Assembly: GCA_964016885.1 (NCBI GenBank)
Contig: OZ024753.1
Span: 25,916,001-25,980,000, forward strand
Length of the DNA stretch: 64,000 bases
Source of the DNA: Eledone cirrhosa
Taxonomy: Eukaryota
Direction: 5' to 3'
Each line of letters starts with the position of its first letter. Position 1 is the stretch's first letter. Below, piece by piece: positions 42,993-56,097 of the stretch. The translations under genes were made by a program, and so were the position numbers. Below the pieces are notes generated by a model. It saw only the letters and a list, made by a program, of their open reading frames with translations. It ran no database searches and was not told the DNA's origin.

Positions 42993-45679
42993 CTACTGTC
43001 CATATATCTTGAGAAAGGTCCCGGCTCTAAGGTGTCTGCATGTCCCGAAGAAGTCGGTTCTGAGGTTTATCAGGCCGCTTCCACCTCTTAGTATCTCGAG
43101 GGTCTCGTTCAGGCATAGTTTGCATATGCAAGATCCCCCTTTATCGGGTGGTACTTTCCTGATTATGTACCAGGCCAGAGAGTATGGGGTCCTGTCCAGC
43201 TTAAGCTTCCAGATCAGGTCGGAGAGAGCTGTGCTTTTCCTTTTGGCCTCCTTCTTGAATGAATGGCGATGGTTGTACCAGCGGTCCTTAAAGCTCGTTG
43301 ATGTGGCTCCTATGTAGAGGTGTTCCGAGTTGGGGGTTTTAACCCTACAACCGTACACTAGGTTCTTCTTGAGACATTCATTACCAAGGGGGCATGATTC
43401 GGGGTTTCTGCAGTTGCAGAGGGTGGTCGACCTCTGCGTGCCTATATTAGGGTTCTCATTATGTGTTACATGTTGGTCTTCCCCCATGCTCGGTGGGGGA
43501 TCCTTGGGTCTGTTTGTGTTTCTTGGGTCGGCTCTGGGTCCCCCCTTCCCTCCTTTCACATGGTTCTGCTGAGTGTTTGTATTGCCATCTTCTGGTTGTG
43601 TGTGGTTTTTAAGCCTACTTCTGTTGATGCTAGCTATGTGTTGGGCCAAATTTCTCGTGGTGGAATACGAAAGCTTCACAGTGTGTCTGTTGAAGATCCT
43701 GTGGTATCTGTGGTCCCTCGGGAAGCATTTGTCAAGTGCTCCAAAGAATAATCGGGCCAAGCTTTTCTTTAGGGCCGCTGAGTAGGGTGGGTTGTACCAC
43801 GTGATTTGTCGGTGTCTTCTCCTATATGTGTGGGTTGGGGGCTTCGTGATTTGTTGGAGATTTGTTGGGTTGCTGGTGGTTTCCGCACTGTTGCTTCCCT
43901 TTTGGGCTGTATACTTTTTGTTATCTTCGCGGCCCGGATTTGTGGGGTGGTTGTTGTCCGCCCCGGGAGATCCATCGTGGGGTGGTCGCCCGTTTCTCCC
44001 CCCCCCCCCCCCCCACGTGTCCTGCGGTTGGGGTTGTCCGTCCTGGGGTAGTTAGCGTCACGCCTGAGACTGCTACTCATATTGTGCTCCATCTCGTGGT
44101 CAAGCGCACTAGTCCCCACCGCCCGTGTGGTGGTGTCTGGTACATGGTGCCTATCTGATTCTGCTCTACCTGTATTGTTAGGGTTCGCCCTCCTCCCTCT
44201 GGCAACGCGGTTGTGGGTGTCTGTTGGGCTATCCACCTCCCGGCTTTTCGGACTATATGTTATATTTTGTCCATGTGCCGCCTTCTTTAGAGCTGCGTTG
44301 TAATATTCCGCGTGGTTGTTGAATATTTCCTTACTTGCGGACAGGCTGGAGATCCTGTCCGAGACACTCTTCACCACTGCCTTGGTTATGGATCTAGGGT
44401 GGTTTGATTTGGCGTTAACATATACGAGTTTCTCGTTGGGCTTGTGGTAGGGGTAGTATTGCTCGGTGTTCAGGTTTAGGGTGGTGTCTAGGAAGTTAAC
44501 TACCTTCCTATTTGGGTCTATTTCTATGCTGAGCCCCTGGTTCTTAAAGTAATGGCGAATACGCCTCCTCATACCCTCCAACATATTGGTGCTGTGGTCA
44601 TGTACTGTGAATAGAGCATCGTCACGATATAATCCGCCGCCCAGGCAGGGGATTTCATCTTTTATCTGCTTCAGCAGGTAGAGCCCAACCAGGTCCGTTA
44701 CCTGCGCTGAGTCGCTGGAGCCCATCGTGATGTCAAAGTTATTTGGCCAATCACTCCTGGTCCAAAGGTCTCCATCGAAGCAGATTAAGGTCTTTCTTGC
44801 GGCGTGGATGATGCTCACCTCTTCTCGGGTTAGGTCCGTATTGGACATCGCTAAAAATAGGGCCTTATTAAGTACTATGGGTGAGATTGAGGAGTAGTAG
44901 CTTGCGATGTCCAGTTGTATAAAGCTGGTCCTACTTTTCTCATGCAGTATTTTGAACCATTCTATTACTTCTCTCGTGCATGACCATTGCTGTAATTTGG
45001 TTTTCTTCCGAAGCTTGGGCAAAATCCTATCCAGTATTCTTTTACTGACGATCCCTAGGTCAGATCTGGAGGGGCTATTAGTCTGACAGGGAGGTCGGAC
45101 TCAAAGTTTGACTTGTGGTCTTTAAGGGTAATCCGCGGCTCCCTTGGTTGGTATGGGGCCGTCCTGTCCTCTATGCCGATTCTGGATATAATCCTGTAAG
45201 CTGTGGCATTGATCTCATCCAGGGTAAATCCAGGTGTTTTTTTGTAGCACTTCCTCAGTTCCCTGAGGATTAGCTTATTGTACAGTTCAGTGTTCATGTT
45301 GTAGAGGTTATTTGTTTTGTCAGCATGGACAAGTATTCCAGTTCTCCCTTTAAGTACTGTAATCCGGTTTCTCAGGTGTCTGAGGTACTCCTGACTGCTG
45401 GTTGGGTTTCCGGAGAATTTGAGGTTGGATATGATGTTAATCATCTCGTTTTCAAACTCCTCCATTAGTCTGTTGTGGGGGGGGATTCCTCTTTGATCGA
45501 AAAAGGTACTCCATGTTTTCTGTGTTGGTAGTTTTCTGCGTTCCTCTTTCGAAGTGGAACGCCTTCCATCTCATCCTACGGATGAGGGAGTCCGTACTCT
45601 TGATGAGATCACTGGTGTATTCTCGTTTATCAGGTAGGGGGATGTCCTTCAGTGACGCTAAGGTTGCCAGTTTATCCAT
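42993..45679 (-). pseudogene. Frameshifted PLE RT + GIY-YIG endonuclease
   Basis: SLKDIPLP, RRMRWKAFHF, ADKTNNLY, ITLKDHK, LDIASYYSSI, DITMGSSD, GLYRDD, VNFLD, CNCRNPESCPL, LVYG…YIG, RWYNH, CKLCLNE, CRH. Four ORF pieces. Confidence 0.93.
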
Positions 45680-45903
45680 AGTGACTTAGGTCCGCTACTG
45701 TTTGAAGCGCTCAACCCGTGTGGGAGCTAGATAGATTTTGAGTTTATGTTGGTTGTATACCAACACCTCAGTATGCAGGCTGGAGCACTCGACGAAGTGC
45801 GCAGGTTGGTTTGGTTACTCCGGAGTAGTGTAAAATAAAGTTAAATAAAAGTCAAATGATTAAAATTTAGCTTCGTTTATTACTGCTATATATATATATA
45901 TAT

Positions 45904-46312
45904 CCGGGAGAGATGACCCCTTAGCCTTTGTCAAGGCAGAATTCTAGGAGAAGGAAAACTCTGATATAACACCTGCAACCCTGATCGTATCCAATGATAT
46001 TGACTTGTTCTTTTTGGTAAATATCATCTTGGTTAAGAGAGTGGAACTGGCCTTGTGCAGTGCCTTTGCTCACTATAAAAGCTTCACGGCACAGGCATTG
46101 TTTTATATCTGGAGATATCTCTGCACTTGTCGTCACATGGTGCCATGGGCCCAGCACTATGTGTCAATAATTGTCACAAGTGTAGTGTTTGTACCAGAGT
46201 TTTGAAGTCGCTGGCTGGACTAAAAAGTCACACTCGTTCAGCGCATCGGTAGAGGTTTTCCTACATGGATGTAAAGTAGTGGCCGTACTCGAAAACGAGT
46301 TGGCAGCCACCA
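45904..46312 (+). mobile_element. Non-autonomous RTE derivative, copy 2 (5'-truncated)
   Basis: Closely matches 7240-7652 and lies in (TA)n. Confidence 0.7.
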
Positions 46313-46368
46313 TATATATATATATATATATATATATAAAGATCCGAAGGCATGGTATAAATTTCCAA

Positions 46369-46458
46369 TCATTTTAATCACGACACACGTTTCAATAAGA
46401 GATAGATCGATCGTGTGGGCATGATCGATTATCACTGATCTCATCAGGTGAATAATGA
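46369..46458 (-). ncRNA. Type-I hammerhead motif in a PLE 3' remnant whose end abuts (TA)n at ~46338
   Basis: Minus strand reads TCAC-CTGATGA-GATcAGtGATAATCGATC…GATCGATcTATCtCTtATT-GAAA-CGTGT-GTC^GTGA. Confidence 0.78.
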
Positions 46459-47096
46459 ATTGTCTTCAAATCTTTGATATGAGGGTGAAAATTTAATGAT
46501 GTTCACTCACTAGAGTTTTGTCCCCCATATGAAGATTCAGCAGCGAAAACACGCCAGCTGCTACCGTATTCAGTCAGGGTCATAAAACTATCAAGTCTCT
46601 CTCTCTCTCAATAGCTGTAAAAACGCTGGACAGGTCTAATCTTAGCATCAAATTTGTAGAATTTCGGTCGGTCACAATTAGTGTGAGTGAGTACACACTC
46701 ACACACACCGACGCGAGGTCAGAGAAAAAATATATATACCAACATAGTATGCACCGACATCATCGACCCACAGGCAGTTATAAGAGTATATGTATTGTAA
46801 TGTCTACGCCATTTTCATTATTTATTTATTTATTTATTCTTGTCTCTGTTTGCGCATGCGTTTGTGTGTGTGTTTTCTGTTTGGTGTGTGTTCGTGTCTG
46901 AGTGTGTGTTTTTTTTCTATCGTTGCTCACTACTGTGTGTTTATGTGTGGTTGTTATTGTACCTGTGTATATTTATCTTAGGTCAGTATTTGTGTATGGT
47001 TGTTGTTGTTATTCCATTCATATAAATCTGTAAACTCATATTTATATTTATTTACATTACTTTTATAAATATACACATTTTATGTTTTTATGTATA

Positions 47097-47490
47097 CAAA
47101 CATTACGTCTATATGTCTCCACACATCACTTCTATATGTCTACACACATCACTTCTATATGTCTACACACATCACGTCTATATGTATACACACATCACGT
47201 CTATATGTATACACACATCACGTCTATATGTATACACACATCATGTCTATATGTATACACACATCACTTCTATATGTCTACACACAATAGCTCTATATGT
47301 ATACACACATCACGTCTATATGTATACAAACATCACGTCTATATGTATACAAACATCACGTCTATATGTATACACACCACGTATATATGTCTACACACCA
47401 CGTATATATGTCTACACACAATAGCTCCATATGTATACACACATCAGGTCGATATATCTACACACACCACGTCTCTATATCCACATTACG
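47097..47490. repeat. 23-bp minisatellite (acacacatcacgtctatatgtat)
   Basis: About 17 degenerate tandem copies. Confidence 0.9.
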
Positions 47491-47804
47491 TGTATCTCTG
47501 TACAGACAATATATATTTATTACGCCCTTACGCCTCTGTCATAATATATTTCCACATTTAACTTGAAGCGATATAAAACAGATGTTCAACTTTTAATTCT
47601 CACTTTGTTTTCATTCTCTGCTGCACTACAGGAAAGTAATTCAATAAGTTTGCATAATATCAATTAGTGTGTGATTATAGCACTCTCATATTCACAGATA
47701 CATTCACATATACGTACGCACATATATAGAGAAACACGCACACGTATACACACACACATATACATATATATATATATTTATATATATATATATATATACT
47801 CAGA

Positions 47805-47850
<46 letters not shown>

Positions 47851-48334
47851 GATATATACATACACCTACATACATATACCCACATACATATACACAGTGT
47901 ATGTATTATATCTGAATTAGTAATATTTCGTCTGGTGAGATTTCCGATTAAGAAGTCATGATGAGTCACATGTATATTTATATGTGAACCTATGTAGGTT
48001 CAGCCACCGCCTTCTCCTTAAGTATATAGCAGTCCACTAATACATGTAGCAATCCACTGCCACATGTAGGAGTCCACTGCTACGTGTGGCAGCCCATTGC
48101 TACTTGTCTGCTGTTCTTTTAACATCCTTCCATTCTTTTCTGTCACTTTTTTCATTCTTGAACAAATTGGTCTTTTGCCTAAGACCACATTGAAACCTTG
48201 GGGAGACCCGGGGCATTTCAGGTTTAGCGGGTCCTTCATATAACACACACACACATATACACACATGCGCACGCGCAAAAGTAGAGAGAGAGAGAGTAAC
48301 ATGGTTGGCTGTACAATAAGGGGCTTTATTTCAG

Positions 48335-48443
48335 GTATTGACAATTGTTTCATTGATCAGGTGACTAGAGATCGCTAATCCCTCGAAGTTGAGTCACTCG
48401 ATCACCATTACATTATTTACCTCTGACCAACTCATCAGAAAAC
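48335..48443 (-). ncRNA. Hammerhead motif with long stem II insertion (left arm)
   Basis: CTGATGA-GTTGGTCAG…CTGATCAAT-GAAA-CAATT-GTC^AATAC. Confidence 0.8.
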
Positions 48444-48670
48444 TAAAATATAAAACTAATTCGCTCAAGGCAAGTTATATATGGAGGTATAGCGTATAAT
48501 CAAAACAATAACATCAATAATAAAATATATATGATAAATAGGTAGAGAAGTTAGCTTTTACTTTTTACATCTGTAACTTCTCTACCTATTTATCATATAT
48601 ATTTTTGATGTTATTCTTTTGATTATACGCTATTTCTCTGTATATATCTTGCCTTGAGCGAATTATTTTT

Positions 48671-48781
48671 GTATTCTAATGAGTTGGTCAGAGGTTTATA
48701 ATGTAATGGAGATCGAGTGGCACAACTTCGAGCGATTAGCGACCTCTAGACTCACCTGATCAATGAAACAATTGTCAATAC
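48671..48781 (+). ncRNA. Hammerhead motif with G5A core mutation (right arm)
   Basis: GTATT-CTAATGA-GTTGGTCAG…CTGATCAAT-GAAA-CAATT-GTC^AATAC, with palindromic stem III ACAATTGT. Confidence 0.75.
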
Positions 48782-49693
48782 CTGAAATAAAGTCCCTTGT
48801 TGTACAGCCAACCATGTTATATATCTATGTATATACTACTAAAACTCTGATCATGCGTGCTTGCTTGCTTGTCTGTTATGTAATACAGCCAAAAGGGCGC
48901 ATAATGGGTAAATACTTTCAAAGCATGTTGCCTCTGAAATGGGAATACAAATTGAATAAAACAAGTTTCGCGAAAATCTGACCCCGGGTTCCCGAGATTC
49001 GCGGGTTTTGGGGTACCTTCGTAAATAGCCACAACGGTGCATACTGGGAAAATACCTCGAAATTAACATAATCCGCAAAACTTCGTAAATAGCCAAAACA
49101 TTGCATAATGAGAAAATACTCTGAATAAAACAAGGTTGGCGTAAATCGCACATGGACAATATTTTCAATTTTCCAAAAATAGCAAGGAATTCATTTAAAT
49201 TCAATTTATCTTATTTTATAATGAATATCGAAAGAAATAATCCGTTTGTTTTTTTGGTTGTCCATTCTGTAAGTAAGAGAGACAGAGAGGGGGTGAGAGA
49301 GAGAAAGAGAGAGAGGGGTGAGAGAGAGAAAGAGAGAGAGTGAGGGGATGAGAGAGACAGGGGGGATGACAGATAGGGAAAGAGACAGCGTCCTTAACTT
49401 TTATTTATTTTAACTCTCCTCCTATCCATAACGTTATTTCTTTCTCTCTCTTTCACAATTATACTGCCACCGTGTGTATCTGTATGTGTGCCAGTGCATG
49501 TGTTTACGTACTTAGAGACATGTGTGTGTGTATGTGTGTGTAACAGTAGTTAAGTTAGAGACATATATATATATATAATTTATTACATTTTCCCACTTTC
49601 ACATAGATAGGATATAAGTAAAATGTTCTATCGGGTTAATCACTACCTTGATTACATCTTAACCATTTAACATCTCAGGGTATGTCATGTATC

Positions 49694-49756
49694 ATTATAT
49701 TTTGTCTGATGAGGACGTACTGTTGTACATCCGAAATATGTATAATAAAATGTAAT
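49694..49756 (+). ncRNA. Type-I hammerhead motif in a solo PLE pseudo-LTR (~49578-49800) nested in the Helitron
   Basis: ATTATATTTTGT-CTGATGA-GGAcGTAC tgtt GTACaTCC-GAAA-TATGTA-TA^ATAAAATGTAAT, with a 12-bp stem I. Confidence 0.88.
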
Positions 49757-49798
49757 TGATCAAAAGAACATCTATTTTATTAATACTTATATTTTAAT

Positions 49799-49805
<7 letters not shown>

Positions 49806-49859
<54 letters not shown>

Positions 49860-49951
49860 TGTATGTATGTATGTATGTATGTATGTATGTATGTATGTAT
49901 GTATGTATGTATGTATGTATGTATGTATGTATGTATGTATGTATGTATGTA

Positions 49952-50000
<49 letters not shown>
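49806..50000. repeat. Compound (TA)n-(TATG)n-(TG)n microsatellite
   Basis: Directly visible. Confidence 0.97.
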
Positions 50001-50002
<2 letters not shown>

Positions 50003-50724
50003 GATACCTTCGTAAATAGCCAAAACGGTGCATAATGGAAAAATAGCCCTGTAAATGATATAACCTTGAAATGGGGATAAAACAGGTTTGACGTAAATCG
50101 ACATAAAAATATTTCTCGAATGATGAAAATAGTTTAATAATTATTAAAAAAAAAAACTTTCACTGATTTCTCAGTGAATATGATTTCAAAACTACAAGTT
50201 GTTTGTACTTCAAGCTTTCTTTAAACAGACGATATTTTAATAATCAGAAAAGCATTAAGTGAATATCACAGAAAAATACCAGTTGGTGTTAAACAGTAGG
50301 TGTTTATATTTTTTCTTTTGTTAAAAAGAATATTTCAATTATTTAGAAATATTTTAAAGTGAATTTGATTTCACAAATAGCTTTATTTACATAGACAATA
50401 TCTTCATTTTTTTAAAATTATTTTCAAGTAAATACAAGGGAAAACATATTTCTTGGCATATTTAAAAAATATTCTTAAGTGAAAATGACTTAAAAAATAC
50501 AAATTATTTGTACACTGAGTATATATATTTCAGCTTTCTTTAAACAGAATATTTTAATTATTAATAAGTATTTTTTAAGTGAATATGATTTGAAAAATAC
50601 GAGTTGTTTAAACAGACAATATTTTCATTATTTAAAAATATTTCTAAATGATGATTTTAAAAAAATATTTGTTGAGGTAATAGGAATTTTTTCTAAGATG
50701 AATACGATTTTCTATTCTTAAATA

Positions 50725-53700
50725 ATGCCTCAACGAGGAAGAAAGAAAACATCTGGTTGGTCTATCGATAATGGAAAGAAAGCACGGCTAAGGAGAGCCG
50801 AAGAAGGTGAGCAAGATAGTGGTCAACGCTAACAAGATCGGGACAGGCATGCGAATAGAAGGATCGATGAGACTGATAAAGCAAGGGCTGCGCGTCTAGC
50901 GGAACAAAGGGAAAGAGACAGAAGCAGGAGAGATCATGAATCGGATGGTCGGAGAGTTGCGCGTCTGGCGGAACAGAGGGAAAGAGAGAAGCAGGAGAGA
51001 TCATGAATCGGATGGTCGGAGAGTTGAGCGTCTGGCGGAACAGAGGGAAAGAGAAAGAAGAAGGAGAGATCATGAATTGGATGGTCGGAGAGCTGAGCGT
51101 CTGGCGGAACAGAAGGAAAGAGAAAGAAGAAGGAGAGATCATGAATTGGATGGTCGGAGAGCTGAGCGTCTGGCGGAACAGAGGGAAAGAGACAGAAGCA
51201 GGAGAGATAAGGAATCGGACGCTCGGAGAACTGAACATCTTTGCCAACAAACCATTAGGGATAGAGCAAGACAGTTCAACGATGTGATCTCTCTGCTGAT
51301 GTTGGACAGATGAATAAGATCCGTGTCTGTTGTCATGCAATGCTTTTTCATGGTGAAACTGCTAACTTTTGCTGTATGAATGGAAAAGTCAGGTTGGGGA
51401 ATCTGCAGCCTTTACCAAAGGAACTTCAGTTTATTTAGTACTGATCAACCTAGGGCAAACGAGTTCAGGAATAACCTAGGGCAAACGAGTTAAGGAAGAA
51501 CCTCAGACAATACAACTGCCTGTTCCAAATGACCTCTTTTGGGGCGGAAGGATTTCGTTCCTCAAGGAATGGATGGAATCCTTCTATCGTTATTCATGGT
51601 CAAATTCACCATTACATCGGTTCCTTAACCCCTAATCCCAACGAACAACCCCAATTTCTTCAAATTTACTACTTGGATCCCCAGGATAGTGTTGATTTAA
51701 GGATCAGGATACTCCATAACGATGGCATTCAGCGCGACATAGTTGAATTATTGGAAATAATACTCAGACAATATAACCCTTACGTTGCTTCATTTCGAAT
51801 AGAAAAAGAACAAATTAAAAATATTCCCGAAGCTTCGATTATTATTGATCCTGATAGGAGACCAGCAATGGAACATGAGAGAAGATTCAATGCACAAACT
51901 GCAAACAAAGTTGCCGTTATTATACACCGAATTTCAAGCAAAAGCACGGAACATTGTGTTGAAAGAAAAAGGCGGACAATTGCAAATAATCTCAGTCCCA
52001 TTGGTCCTATGACAGTTTGCAGTATGTTCTATTTTTTTCCTTTTGGCGATGACGGATGACATCATGAATTGTTAATGAGCAACAACAAGAAGTTAACGCC
52101 AATGCGCTACTATGCCTATCGAATAATGAACCATGAGAATGAATTCAACCAACTTCTCAGAGGCGGTCGTTTATTTCAGCAATATTTGGTTGACATGGCT
52201 GCGAAGATTGAAGGAGATAGACTGCAATACATCCGAATGAATCAAACATCATTGCGATCTACAACATACAAGGGCCTTACTGACGCATTGAATGATGATG
52301 ACGATTTGCGCAATATTGGCAGGCGAATCATACTCTCTTCCACATTTGTCGGTGGACCGAGATATATGATGGAGCGATGCCAGGATGCCATGATGTACAT
52401 ACGGAAGTACGGCAATCCTTCGCTCTTCATCACAATGACATGCAATCCAAACTGGCCTAAAATCCGGCAAAACCTATTCCTGAATCAGAAGCCACATGAT
52501 AGGCCAGATTTAATTGCCAGAGTATTTGACCTGAAGCGGAAACTGTTAAGAAAGTATCTTACTGGAGTAGATGGCCTATTTGGCAAGTGCATTGCTTACG
52601 TGCTGACAGTCGAGTATCAAAAGCGAGGTCTTCCTCATGTGCACTGTTTGCTACGGCTCAATGAAGCCTCCAAGCCCAGACCGCAGGAATACGATAAATT
52701 TGTTCAAGCCGAAATACCAGATCCAAACAAAGATTCAGAGGGTCATGTATTGGTGCTGAAGCACATGATCCACCGTCCGAATTGCTCTAACACTTCGCTG
52801 TGTTGGAAAGATGGAACGTGCAGTACGCGGTACCCTAAGCCTTTCAATGAATATACATTGTGTGGAGAGGACTCTTATCCTGTGTACAGAAGACGGTCTC
52901 CAGGAATGGGAGGATTTGAGGGACACCAAAAAGGAAGGGGAAGCCGAAATATAACTTCGGAATGGGTGGTTCCTTACAATATGAAATTATTAAAACTGTT
53001 CAACTGCCACCTAAACGTAGAGATGTGCTCTTCCGTGAAATCGATCAAATACGTTATCAAATATACCATGAAGGGCAGTGATCAGGCAATGTTTGGAGCG
53101 AACAGGGAAGATGAGATAATACAGTATTTAACAGGAAGATATATCGGTACTTCAGAAGCTGTTGCCTTGGTACTTGGATTTCCAATTCATGAGAGAGAAC
53201 AGGCCGTAGTTCGCCTTCAAGTTCATCCACCTGAGGAAAATCAAATCTTCTTTCGGGTCAATGCTGCTGTTAAAGTAAACAATAACATGGCTAAGACGAC
53301 TCTGACTGAGTTCATGGATCTTTGCGATCGCGATCCGTTTGCAAAAACATTGTATTATGCCAATGTGCCAAAGTTTTACACTTGGAGTAATAAGAGATGG
53401 GAAAGGAGAAAGGTGGGAAAAACAGTTGAGCAGTATCCAGGGATTTTTGAGGCGAACGTTTTGGGACGAGTATACAGTTTCTCCACGAAGTGGTGACCTG
53501 TATTATTTAAGACTCCTTCTGCATCACGTCAAAGGGCCAGTATCCTTCAACTCTTTGAAAATGTGTGATGGAGAACTCCTGCCATTATTCAAAGACGTCT
53601 GCAGAGAGAAAGGTTTGCTTCAATCGGATGATCATTGGCAACAGACTCTGGAAGATGCTGAGCGAACAAGGCTTCCCAAAGCCATGAGAGATCTATTCAT

Positions 53701-55378
53701 CGTGCTCCTCACAAATACGGAAATTGACAATTCCAGTGCTTTATGGGTTCGATTTAAGCATTCGCTGTCTGAGGATTACCTTCAAATAGAAAAAAGGGCT
53801 ACCAGAAACTCTAACCTTTTGATTAGCGAGAGACATTATGATCAATGTCTTCTGTATTTTGAAGACAAACTTAACAACCTCTGCAAAAGTCTTAGTGACT
53901 TCAACTTGCCAAGGCCAAATAATATTGTTGCTAATCAGGATATTGGTAATTTGGAGTCATTGCATGAATTGCATTACACCAGAGAAGAGCAGCGACAATT
54001 TGTAGGAGAGACGGAGCCTCTATTGAATAGTGAACAAAAACACGTGTATGACTTCGTTTGTAATAGTTTAGAGACGAACACATCTGTATTGATTTTCATT
54101 GACGCTCCAGGTGGAACAGGAAAGACATTCCTGATTAACTTAATTCTTTCAAAAGTCAGGGGAAACGGCGACGTGGCTATTGCTGTTGCGTCATCTGGCA
54201 TTGCCGCAACACTTATGCCTGGTGGAAGAACAGCGCATTCTAGGTTCAAAATACCGATAGTAGTGAAATAAAATGGTCTGTGCAACATTGATAAAAACTC
54301 AAAGACGGCAAACCTCTTCCAGCATACTAGACTGATTGTTTGGGATGAGTGTCCTACGATTCGGAGGGAAAGCTTCGAAGCTGTTGACCTCACTCTGCGT
54401 GACATATGCGACAACAATGAGGCATTCGGTGGAATTTTGGCAATTTGCTGTGGCAATTTCCGTCAGCTTCTTCCGGTAGTGAAAAGGGGAAATGAAAATG
54501 AAGCGGACGTGGAAAACGCCTGCATTAAAAAATCCTGCTTATGGCGAAGCTTCAAAAGATTTCAGTTGAAGACAAACATGCGATTGGGTGGGGGAGCAGG
54601 AGACTATTCACAGTTCCTATTGGATATTGGAGAAGATAAGATAAAGAAAAATGAAAATGAGGAAATTATTTTGCCAAAAGAAATGGTTCCCCAAGCAACA
54701 ACTATGGAAGAATGTATTGATTTCATCGACCCCTCATTCGACAATCCAGCTCAAGTGTTTCGAACAATTGCATCTTAGACCCTCTCAATAAAATGATGAG
54801 AAGCATCAATTCCACCTGTATCAGACTCTTCTCTGCAACCATAAAAGAGTACCGATCCTATAATTCTGTGATGATGGTGCCAATGCCACTCATTTCCCGA
54901 CTGAATTCCTTGATTCGGTTGAACTATCATGACAGCCACCACATAACCTGGAATTGAAAAAAGGATCGCCAATAATTCTTATGAGAAACTTGAATCCTCC
55001 AAGGCTTTGTAATGGAACGCGCATGATCGTGGAAGAACTGCACCACAATCGCATAGTAGCAAGAATCAACACTGCTGCTTTCAGAAATGAGATCGTTATG
55101 ATACCTAGAATAAGAATTAATCTATCCGAAGGTGAGGATATCTTTTGCAGCGAAGCCAATTCCAAGTTCAATCGTGCTTTGCTATGACTATTCATAAAGC
55201 ACAAGGACAAACTATGGAAAACGTCTTGGTTTATCTGGAATGACCTGTAATTCCAACACGATCAACTGTATGTAGCTCTTAGCCGCGGTAAACGAAAAGA
55301 AAATGTCAGTGTTTCTGAAGGATACCCAGTCAACTAAGAATGTTGTCATCAAAAGCATTCTTTTGAACAAACTATAAC
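50725..55378 (+). pseudogene. Helitron RepHel (HUH Rep + Pif1-family helicase), multiple frameshifts/stops
   Basis: Rep motifs FITMTCNPNW, VEYQKRGLPHVHCLL, KYVIKYTMKG; helicase motifs [53 protein letters not shown]. No endonuclease domain is visible. Confidence 0.95.
50887..51240 (+). repeat. 66-bp coding tandem repeat in the RepHel N-terminus
   Basis: About 5 copies encoding RLAEQRERDRSRRDHESDGRRAE-like 22-mers. Confidence 0.9.
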
Positions 55379-55957
55379 AGCGTAAATATGAGAAAATGTT
55401 GATTCCGACGTCAGAAAATGAAAGGAAAAGGAAAAACTAAGACAAGTAAGAATAATTTCTTTCAAAGTTTTGTAAATAAAACCAGCTTTTCATTAACATT
55501 GCAACTTTTTAAGCAGAAAAATCTTTCAGAACAAGCAGTCAAGCATCCATAGAGATATAGAAAAAAGAATTTTGAAGTGGAATGATTGGATAGCTATTAG
55601 TGAAAAATGATTTGATATTTTCTTTGTGAAAATACTTGTGAATAATACAGTGAAAAGACAAGTTTCGCGTAAATCGGACCACGGGTTCCCAGATACGCAG
55701 GTTTTTTCGGGTACCTTTATAAATAGCCAAATCAGCGCATAATGGGAAGATTCTTTGAAAGTAAGGTACTATTGAAATGTGAATACAAACTCAGATAGTG
55801 GTTGTGTGAGAGAGAGAGGGGGAGAGAGCTGGTGGTGTTGTTGAATGAAATTATGACAGGTGACTTCAAAGAATTGAATACAGCATTACTGTATCTAGCT
55901 GGAATTTGGTGACTGAATATTAAGTTATATGTATCTTATAACTTGCGTTAGGACAGG

Positions 55958-56097
<140 letters not shown>

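Larger units (their letters stand above)
41679..45886 (-). mobile_element. Apparently full-length GC-richer Penelope-like element (possibly Hydra clade) with short direct terminal repeat
   Basis: The ORF starts at 45679. 45832-45886 repeats 41679-41733. There is a 3' hammerhead and (TA)n on both sides. Confidence 0.92.
48297..48819. mobile_element. Inverted pair of solo PLE pseudo-LTRs (~520-bp fold-back)
   Basis: Arms 48297-48553 and 48574-48819 are diverged reverse complements, and each contains a hammerhead motif. Confidence 0.82.

Noticed and set aside
42781-44303. Plus-strand ORFs overlapping the minus-strand PLE (likewise antisense ORFs over the Helitron and Neptune RT)
   Set aside because: Antisense shadows of the TE coding sequences with no motifs of their own.
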